Positions 53,986 to 64,000 of a stretch of 64,000 nt of DNA are shown one piece after another. A program made the position numbers and the translations under genes. Source of the DNA: Octopus vulgaris (taxonomy: Eukaryota); NCBI GenBank assembly GCA_951406725.2, contig OX597822.1, positions 111,290,001 through 111,354,000 on the forward strand, in the 5' to 3' direction. How positions within the stretch are numbered: position 1 is the stretch's first letter; every line of letters starts with the position of its first letter. The notes below the pieces were generated by a model that made no database searches, was not told where the DNA came from, and saw only the letters and a list, made by a program, of their open reading frames with translations.

Positions 53986-54336
53986 GTCTTTTACTCTTTT
54001 ACTTGTTTAAGCCATTTGACTGCGGCCATGCTAGAGCACCGCCTTTAGTCGAGCTAGTACATATTCTATCGGTCCGTTTGCCGAACCGATAAGTTACGGT
54101 GACGTAAACAAACCAGCATCGGTTGTCAAGCGATGTTGGGGGGACAAACAGTCACACAAACATACATAAACATATATACAACGGGCTTCTTTTCAGTTTC
54201 CGTCTACCAAATCCACTCACAAGGTTTCGGTCGGCTCGAGGCTATAGTAAAAAAACACTTGCCCAAGGTGCCACGCAGTGTGACTGAACCCGGACCCATG
54301 TGGTTGGTAAGCAAGCTACTTACCATACAACCACTC
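53986..54336 (-). mobile_element. SINE family B
   Basis: Reverse complement of the family B consensus with an internal deletion. Confidence 0.85.
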
Positions 54337-54352
54337 CTGTGCCTCTATATAC

Positions 54353-54478
54353 CGTGGAGTATCGTGGAGCTTTAGGCGTTTTCGCTCAATAAACACTCAC
54401 AACACCCGGTCTGGGGATCGAAACCACGATCCTACGACCACGATCCGCTGCCCTAACCACTGGGCCATTGCGCCTCCA
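54353..54478 (-). mobile_element. SINE family C, 5' part
   Basis: Homologous to 4005-4123. Confidence 0.8.
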
Positions 54479-54558
54479 TGTATATATATATATATCTGCT
54501 AAGGCGATTTAGCCTCTTTCCTCTTCCCTTGGTGTACCTCTTCTAATATATATATACA

Positions 54559-54708
<150 letters not shown>

Positions 54709-54712
54709 CATA

Positions 54713-54764
<52 letters not shown>

Positions 54765-54765
<1 letters not shown>

Positions 54766-55135
54766 GAGTACAGGACATCACAAATAGACGTAGAACTCAA
54801 CGAGAAACGAAAACATAAAAACAAACATGGAAACGGACTTTTTTTAACAACGAAAAAACAGAGTACAAGACAAACAATACAAGGAATATTCCCCTTCATC
54901 AGCTGTCCATGGTTCGACTCAATGCGTGTTTCGAAGGTAAGGACAGAACACGACCCGCCGAAACAGTCCTTCCTGCAAAATAATTAAATAAAATTCCTTT
55001 GCAGAGGGGTAAAAACAAGGAAAGAAAAAATGTGACAAGAACAGGATGTAAAAGCAATACAAATGAAAATACAAATACAAAATAAAAATAAAAATACAGT
55101 ACACATAAAGAATAAAAACAGGACAATGAAACCAA
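54765..55135 (-). mobile_element. Repeat family E (putative PLE pLTR) ending in (TA)n
   Basis: Homologous to 16515-16686; T-rich on the minus strand; carries the rearranged hammerhead. The far boundary is uncertain. Confidence 0.6.
54891..54952 (-). ncRNA. Candidate non-circularly permuted (rearranged) hammerhead ribozyme
   Basis: Minus strand reads CGTG-T-T-CTGTCC ttac CTTC-GAAA-CACG cattgagtcgaaccat GGACAG-CTGATGA-a-GGGG; all three stems pair and the core is intact. Confidence 0.7.
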
Positions 55136-55518
55136 CATTGAGGGCCTTTTTTAAGCCTAGGCGATGGAAAAATTCAGAGCGCAAGAAAAAGTAGTGTTGA
55201 CTTGTAGAAAACTGCGAGTGAAAGGAAGTTGGTAGTCGACTCGGCAGTGAGAGAGATGAGGAGAAGTGAGAGAGAGATAGTTATTGAGGAAAGGAAACCA
55301 GAAAGGGTGAAAAATAAGAAGGAGAGAGACAGGCAAAGTGGAAGACAGACAGGAAGGAAAGAAAGGTCACGCAAAGGGTTACAGAGTTCGCGTCATAATT
55401 ATATATAAAAACTTACTTGGAGAAAAGAAAAGAAACGAAACGAAACGACGCGAGGGCGCTCAGTCATACAATAATTTCATAAATAAAATATATGCATACA
55501 TACATATATGTACGTACC

Positions 55519-55591
<73 letters not shown>

Positions 55592-56069
55592 CAGTGAGTT
55601 TGTGTTTGCGTGTGTATGTTTCTCATGCATTCCAAAACCGAGGCGCCGATTGTGACGTATGGGTTATCAAAACATTATGTACTATTTGGGCTACCAACTA
55701 AACTTCATTTTCACTGGCATTACAAACATTTTAAAATATATTCTTTTCCATTAAGTCAAGCATTTTCTACGAGGACCACGACGATGACGTCTCACTTTCT
55801 ATATGACTGTGTACTTTAAAAGATATCCATCATCGCGACACACACCTTCCCTCATAAATTCTACCGTGTTGTCTCTTTCTCTCTGTCTCTCTTTCTCTCT
55901 CTCGCACACACACGTCCATTTCATATACACTTCTTTCACTTTCTCATCTCCTTCAATTTCTGCTCTCTTCAACTCATAAAGAAATAAATTTTTATGGAAT
56001 GACCGCGAGAAACGCAGAATAAGAAAATCACAAGGAGAAACGAACTCGCGCAATGTTACACCTCTGAAT

Positions 56070-56450
56070 CTCACTATTTATATATAAACGGCAAAATGTC
56101 TGTCTGTGTGTGTGTGTGTGTGTATCCTTTATACAAATTCACAGTTTTTCAGTTAGATGGCTCGCACTTTCTATGGTCATTCAAAACCGTCCAAGGGTGG
56201 TCGAGCACATCTTTACATTTCCCCAGTCACCCCGCAAAGCCATTAAAAAATTAATAGAAGTGACTCTTTTGTGAATTTTCTATCCAAAACCCAATCAAAA
56301 TGACGGAAACTCGATACGCCAATTGAATGCCAGCTAGCTGTATGTGATTGGTCGAAGATTTGGACAGTACTCGCGTGTATGTGCGCACGCACGCAGCTGT
56401 ATATGCATGCACTAGCACTATGATCCGGCAACGCCGGGTCACAATCCTAA
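56070..56450 (+). mobile_element. Non-autonomous Helitron-like element
   Basis: 5' tc.ctattatatatataaacggcaaaatgtctgtctg(tg)n; 3' GC hairpin ccggc-aac-gccgg (56425-56437) about 10 nt before ctaa (CTAG-like). Confidence 0.6.
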
Positions 56451-56764
56451 TTATTTTTTAATTGTTATAATAAATCGAGGGGTTTAGTAATTTTCCCAAA
56501 ATTAATTTGCCAAGCATATTCTCTCGTTTTCAATATTCAATTAAAAGAGAGAATATGTTGTTACCAACAACGTTAAAACTTTAATAAATTGATCGATCTG
56601 TGATTGAACCAGGATTTTAATTGTATTTGATACACAATTTGTTATCATTTATATGGAGAATTGCAAGCGTGACATATGAAGACAACTTATTTCATTAGAA
56701 ATTTTATGATTACATATCTGTAAAGGTTTTTATGCGCACTCCCCACACACACACATGCACATAT

Positions 56765-56980
56765 ATTCCTTTACTACCCACAAGGGGCTAAACACAGAGG
56801 GGAAAAAACAAGGACAGACAAAAGAATTAAGTCGATTATATCGACCCCAGTGCGTAACTGTTACTTAATTTATCGACCCGAAAGGATGAAAGGCAAAGTC
56901 GAACTCAGAACGGAGCGGCGGACGTAATACTGCAAAGCATTTCGCCCGGCGTGCTAACGTTTCTGCCAGCTCGCCGCCTT
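56765..56980 (-). mobile_element. SINE family A
   Basis: Family A consensus flanked by the direct repeat acacacatgcacatata (apparent target-site duplication). Confidence 0.9.
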
Positions 56981-57206
56981 ACACACATGCACATATACGC
57001 ACGCGGATACACTTGGAATAAATCCCATTTTGGAAATATGTTAATTTTTTTTTTTGGTTATTTTTGAATGAAGAACACACATATACGTGCTGGGCCAGTG
57101 ACTAAGTTTGTAGTATCTTGTTGGGATTAATCCAATGAATTTATAGCCAAATAGCTGCTTCTATCAAAATCGTTTACCTTCAAAGCGAAAAAACAAAAAA
57201 AACCGC

Positions 57207-57612
57207 AGGAGTGGCTGTGTGGTAGGTAGCTTGCTTACCAGCCACATGGTTCCGGGTTCAGTCCCACTGCGTGGCATCTTGGGCGAGTGTCTTCTGCTAT
57301 AGCCCCGGGTCGACCAATGCCTTGTGAGTGGATTTGGTAGACGGAAACTGAAAGAAGCCTGTCGTATATATGTATATATATGTATGTGTGTGTATATGTT
57401 TGTGTGTCTGTGTTTGTCCCCCTAGCATTGCTTGACAACCGATGCTTGTGTGTTTACGTCCCCGTCACTTAGCAGTTCGGCAAAAGAGACCGATAGAATA
57501 AGTACTGGGCTTACAAAAGAATAAGTCCCGGGGTCGATTTGCTCGACTAAAGGCGTTGCTCCAGCATGGCCGCAGTCAAATGACTGAAACAAGTAAAAGA
57601 GTAAAGAGTAAG
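57207..57612 (+). mobile_element. SINE family B, full length
   Basis: Matches the family B consensus. Confidence 0.9.
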
Positions 57613-58124
57613 AGTATACGACTGGTATGTCAAATATATTTTGTGTATTTCTTTTTTTGTTCATTCGGATAAACTGAATGAATTGTTGCGTGCGTGCGTG
57701 CGCGCGCCCAAAAGCACAAAAATTCACCGGACATTTAGTTGTTATTTTTAGCATATCGTGTTTCATGGTGAGGGCTTCACATGCCATAGTCCTTTTGCTC
57801 TTTCACTATAAATCAACGCATACGCAATTCTACGCCTGCGGGATAATATCAGACGAAAGTAAAAGATTGGGAGATTTCAACTGGGTGGGTGAGGTGGAGG
57901 ATCGGGAATTGTGTGTTCCTTTCAGAAATATTAAACTAAGAATAGAAATCCCCTTCATGCAAGGCCATTGCAAATTGTGCTCTCACCCTTCACTACTGAA
58001 CAGACAATAACTTCCATTATTCCATTGACTATATATCAGATGTGCCGCTTCTGCCCATAACAGAGGTGCAAATAGTACAATGTGCTTATGGTTCATAACA
58101 TCTGGGCAACACTGTTATGCATTG

Positions 58125-58174
<50 letters not shown>

Positions 58175-58252
58175 CATGTATGTATGTTCATAGAAGATAT
58201 ACGTTACATGACCAGGGCTGCTAGTGATCTTTTATATATACATATATATATA

Positions 58253-58861
58253 TATCTATACAATAATATGTTACATTACTCGATAGTCAAGATAAAACTC
58301 TGAGTTTCAGATACCGAAGTGGGAATCCACGACATCTCTTCGGTTATCTGGCTATTTGAAAACGCTATGAAAAAGTACCGTTATACAAAGGGAAATTACT
58401 GTGTTATAATTCTGCTTGCCTGCGTACTTATACATCGCTCGCATTTTTCGCCATAAAAATTATATATATAAAAATACATAAAAAATATATAAAAAATATA
58501 TAAAAATATATAAAATGTATGATAGAAGGTGTGATGAGGTAAAAACACCTTCTTGGGACATAACATAGAAAGCATGTTCTAACTGTTTTCTTTAGGGGAC
58601 CAAAAACGTAACAGAAATTTGGGCATGATCCGAAAAGTTCTGTCATTGTGTTTAGACATGTAGTAGGCTCTAAGCCATCTCTTTTCCAGATAAGCCATCT
58701 CTCCATGTCGTGAGATGTCGTGGATTCCCACTTCGGCATCTGAAACTCAGAGTTTTATCTTGACTATCGAGTAATGTAACATATTATTGTATAGATAAAT
58801 TTCCTCTATTTACATAATATTGAGGTCTCTTTCTTTCTTTTGTTATCTTACCGTTTTACCA

Positions 58862-58862
<1 letters not shown>
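58253..58862 (-). mobile_element. 3'-terminal PLE fragment with an inverted pLTR
   Basis: Inverted repeat ~58255-58338 / ~58712-58797; minus-strand HHR at 58290-58349 (agataa-CCGAAGA-gatgtcg...cggtatct-GAAA-ctcagag-TT-ttatct); peptide CLNTMTELFGSCP resembles the LNxRxELxxxCxH end of some PLE endonucleases. Confidence 0.7.
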
Positions 58863-59682
<820 letters not shown>

Positions 59683-59857
59683 AATTATATATATTTCGTT
59701 TTTGGATTTGGTTTGCAAGATTCTAAACTGTTGAAAAGGTTGCAAGACACAACGAAAATCTTAGGAAAATAAAAATAAGAAAAAAGGGGAAATTTTACCG
59801 GTGAGTGTGTTATATTATAAGGCACAAAAAGAAAATGACTCTCCCCAGACACAACAG

Positions 59858-59900
<43 letters not shown>

Positions 59901-60480
59901 TGAGAGAGAGAAATATATATATATATTTATTTATATATATTCTTTGTGTTGTAGGAAGATGTACGTATTTTTCAATATTTTCAAATTGATTACTGTTGGG
60001 TTGCAATTTAATTCTTTTTTTAGTTTATGCTTGTTCTATTTTATATGCGCTTTCTGAATTTCGTATCCATACATGGAATCACAATATTGTGCTCTGATTC
60101 CAATTAATTAAGAACGAATTTAATATCATTTTACATGGATACTTGCACCGCTCCATCTCGTCCTGCTTCAACATAACCATATTTACATATTAAACAAATT
60201 CGTTTTCGTTTTTTAATCTTAATGCTATCTGCTTTCTATCGATTCTGCGATTAATATTCTATTCGTTACATTATCTCAAATCTCGTCTGCATGTGATTGT
60301 TTTCCAATTGTAGCAGGCCTTAATCTTTTCTTGTCTTCCTTTATACTGAACTACATTCTGCATTTGTTTGATTAGCCTTTTCGCCATCTCAGTATTATTG
60401 CTACGCTTTGTCGAATTCGATTACGCATGTGATGCATATACAAATATGTGCGTATATGAAGCGTCGGTATTTACACACAC

Positions 60481-60706
60481 GGCGAGCTGGCAGAAACGTT
60501 AGCACGCCGGGCGAAATGCTTAGCGGTATTTCGTCTGCGTTACGTTCTGAGTTCAAATTCCGCCGGGTCGACTTTGCCTTTCATCCTTTCGGGGTCGATA
60601 AATTAAGTACCAGTTACGCACTGGGGTCGATGTAATCGACTTAATACCTATGTCTGTCCTTGTTTGTCCCCTCTGTGTTTAGCCCCTTGTGGGTAATAAA
60701 AAAATA
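60481..60706 (+). mobile_element. SINE family A, full length
   Basis: Family A consensus with the direct repeat ggtatttacacacac on both sides. Confidence 0.9.
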
Positions 60707-60747
60707 GGTATTTACACACACGCACACACATTCGTATCTAAGTATAT

Positions 60748-61333
60748 ACTCTTTACTCTTTTCCTCCTTTTTACTTGTTTCAGTCATTTGATTGTGGCTA
60801 TGCTGGGGCACCGCCTTTAGTCGAACAAATCGATCCCAGGACTTATTCTTTGTAAGCTTAGTACTTATTCTATCGGTCTATTTTGCCGAATCGCAAAGTT
60901 ACGGGGACATAAACACACCTGCATCGGTTGTCAAGCGATGTTTGGGGGACAAACACAGACACACAAACATATATACACACATATAAATACATACATACAT
61001 ACACACATACACACATACATACATACATACATACATACATACATACATACATACATACATACTTACATATATATATATAAGGTCAACATTCTAATATCCT
61101 AAAGCTGATTAACCAACTAAATTGTTTCTCCATTTTCTTATTTGTATTATATATATACATATGTATATACTTATATACGACGGGCTTTTTTCAGTTTCCG
61201 TCTTCCAAATCCACTCACAAGGCTTTGGTCGGCTCGAAGCTATAGTAGAAGACACTTGCCCAAGGTGCCTCTCAGTGGGACTGAACCCGGAACCATGTGG
61301 TTGGTAAGCAAATTACGTACCACACACGCACTC
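60748..61333 (-). mobile_element. SINE family B with an expanded, interrupted internal microsatellite
   Basis: 3' half ~60748-60970 and 5' half ~61175-61333. Confidence 0.85.
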
Positions 61334-61368
61334 CTATATATGTGTGTGTGTGTATGTATGTATATATG

Positions 61369-61454
<86 letters not shown>

Positions 61455-61828
61455 GGAAGAGAGAAATGCACATGACACTAAAGAATATTATATTATAGTT
61501 TCCCTGCATGTTTTCATCAGGGATAGAGGTCGGTGATTGTGTTCCTCCTTGGGATGTGTCACGAACCCCTGATCTTGTGATCTAAAAGCTGTAGACGTCC
61601 ACCACGGTGAGATAAGATTTACTGCTATAGTATTATGAAAATTTACTGTATATTCTTTTTTTTTTTTTGCGTGCATTCCTCCTTCGACTTCATGACTTCC
61701 TTGAATACATATACATGTACATATGAATGCATTCATACATACAAATATACATTTATACCAACATACAGACTTACATTCATGCAAACTTACATACATACAT
61801 GCATACATACGTATGTGTGTACATGGCG

Positions 61829-62257
61829 CAGGAGTGGCTGTGTGGTAAGTAGCTTGCTAACCAGCCACATTCTTCCGGGTTCAGTCCCACTGCGTGGCAT
61901 CTTGGGCAAGTGTCTTCTGCTATAACCCCGGGCCAACCAATGCCTTGTGAGTGAATTTGGTAGACGGAAACTGAAAGAAGCCTGTCGTATATATGTATAT
62001 ATATATATATGTGTGTGTGTGTGTCTGTCTATCTGTCTTTGTCCCCCTAGCATTGCTTGACAACCGATGCTGATGTGTTTACGTCCCCGTCACTTAGCGG
62101 TTCGGCAATAGAGACCGATAGAATAAGTACTGGGCTTACAAAGAATAAGTCCCGGGGTCGATTTGCTCGACTAAAGGCAGTGCTCCAGCATGGCCGCAGT
62201 CAAATGACTGAAACAAGTAAAAGAGTAAAGAGTAAAAGAGTAAAAGAGTAAAAGAGT
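61829..62257 (+). mobile_element. SINE family B, full length
   Basis: Family B consensus with a (GAGTAAAA)n tail. Confidence 0.9.
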
Positions 62258-62814
62258 ATGGGGGTGTGTGAGCGTGCGCGCATGTAGTTTAAAATTAGAA
62301 TATGAAAAAGCAAAACGTCTGACGTTACTCGAAATCATTTAGCGTACATATAGAATATAAACAGATATAGTCTCTTACAAATGTTTCTAGAATAGTGTGT
62401 GTATGTGCGTGCATGTTTCTGTATGCCTGTTGTATACACATATATATCCATACGTATAAGTAATTTTTTTTTCTCTCTCTTCTCTTCTCACGTGACCGCT
62501 GGCTATAGCCTTTCCGCTTCTGACCAGCGCCACGACAACATCCTATTCTTCATCTGCCGTAAGGCATTATTTTTCAAATACGCCAGCTAAGTACAACTGT
62601 CTAAAGTCGAAAGATGTCTGTTGTTTTGTCCCGTTATTATTGTTATTATTATTGTTTTTTGTATTTATATTCGTATTATTTTTGGGGGTTTTTTTTGTAT
62701 TTATATTCGTGTAATATCGTCTGTTTTTCTGTCCTTGTTTCGTATACATTCGATCCTTTTTCCAAGAAATCTAATACTCGTAGCTTAGTTTTTCCTTGGG
62801 GCTGGCCAGATCGG

Positions 62815-62881
62815 TGCATTCTCAAGATTAATCAGCCAAAATTGCGTGGATGATCCGGTTCTTTACTGAAGATTAGAGGCT
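62815..62881 (+). ncRNA. Degenerate rearranged hammerhead in a second repeat (family F, ~62610-62948)
   Basis: TGCAt-T-C-TcAAGA ttaatc AGCC-aAAA-tTGCG tggatgatccggt TCTTtA-CTGAAGA-ttaga-GGCT; same strand order as 54891-54952, with three apparent point mutations. Confidence 0.45.
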
Positions 62882-62944
62882 TCGAATGGCCCGCCCGTTT
62901 TTTGTATCGTCTATTTAAATGTTTTGCGTTCATGGCCCATTTTG

Positions 62945-63011
<67 letters not shown>

Positions 63012-63019
63012 GTATATAT

Positions 63020-63096
<77 letters not shown>

Positions 63097-63104
63097 TATA
63101 CAGG

Positions 63105-63690
63105 CAGGAGTCTAGTTGGTCGCGGGAGAGTGAGGTCGAGCCGAGACAGTTATCGATAAATTAACCGTAATTTTCGTGAGTGGGACCAGTGACATGTGAG
63201 AATATTTGGGCCAACGAACAGATTCGCATAGTTGGGGACCCATCCTCGTTTCCATGGCCACTCCCGAGAACTTCTGGTAAAAATCCCCCACGAATGAGAA
63301 GTAGTTGAAGGAGAGAACCAGTTTGGCCAGACGAAGAAGTGTGGAGATGTTAGGTCGAAAGTGTTTCAGCACTAGAAGTCCTTGATTGTGTGGAATCACC
63401 ATATATAAATTCTTGATACCAAGAGTGAAGAGAAATTTAGAGGGGCCAGAAGGGAAGGAGAAAGAGTTAAAGAGATGGAGAGCATGTGGGAGAGGGGAAA
63501 AGTGGGAGAGGAAGAAAGTGACTAGGGGGCAAGGACACGGTCGAGGTATTTGGAGATCATTTCTATGGGGCAGTTGCTACGGCTGTTGATTTTAGGAAAG
63601 AAGTAAATGTGTGGGGTTACTTGGTGTGGGGACAATGAGGTTGGAGGTGGTTTGAGGGAGACAGGAGGAGGAAATGAGGGCATGAATATA
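63105..63690 (-). mobile_element. Decayed PLE reverse-transcriptase fragment (different family)
   Basis: EMISKYLDRVLAP, VIPHNQGLLVLKHF, TLLRLAKLVLSFNYFSF..DFYQ..SGVAMETRMGP; flanked by (TA)n. Confidence 0.8.
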
Positions 63691-63925
63691 TATCTATATA
63701 TATATAAAACTGAGAATGTGTGTCTGTCTGTCTGTGTGAATCCCTAAAACTTGAGAACTACAAAACCAATTTCATTCACATTTTACACATGCCTTATTTA
63801 GGGTCCACGGACTGTCATGGGCCAAAAAACTTTTAACTTCTTGCCTAGGGCGAGCCCATAGCAATATCATATCTTCTCCACTATTTCAGTATTACGTGTT
63901 AAAAGTGAAAAAAAAGCATCTCTCT
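63691..63925 (+). mobile_element. 5' part of a Helitron-like non-autonomous element
   Basis: tctatatatatataaaactgagaatgtgtgtctgtctgtctgtg...ccaatttcattcac has the same architecture as the 56070 element. Confidence 0.45.
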
Positions 63926-63943
63926 ACTGTATGTATATGGATG

Positions 63944-64000
<57 letters not shown>

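Overview
AT-rich, repeat-saturated eukaryotic intergenic or intronic DNA. It is most likely from an octopus-type cephalopod, inferred only from the two dominant tRNA-derived SINE families and the extreme (TA)n/(CA)n/(TAA)n density. No host protein-coding exon could be supported, and nearly all short ORFs in the track are microsatellite read-through. The one near-intact element is a ~4.5 kb Penelope-like retroelement (PLE, Neptune-like; 29401-33903) inserted in (TA)n. It has direct pseudo-LTRs that each carry a minimal hammerhead ribozyme (HHR), an extra upstream ORF1, and an RT+GIY-YIG ORF2 that overlaps ORF1 in the -1 frame at a U7 slippery run. Also present: R4/Dong, RTE and CR1 LINE relics, Tc1/mariner relics and MITEs, Helitron-like elements, and many solo PLE-type pLTR fragments with hammerhead motifs. 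The most unusual signal is a hammerhead whose three strands occur in reversed, non-circularly permuted order (cleavage strand, then GAAA strand, then CUGANGA strand). It is complete at 54891-54952 (-), truncated at 16642-16686 (-), and recurs, decayed, in an apparently unrelated repeat at 62815-62881 (+). All structures were read by eye; no database search or folding software was run, and repeat boundaries are approximate.
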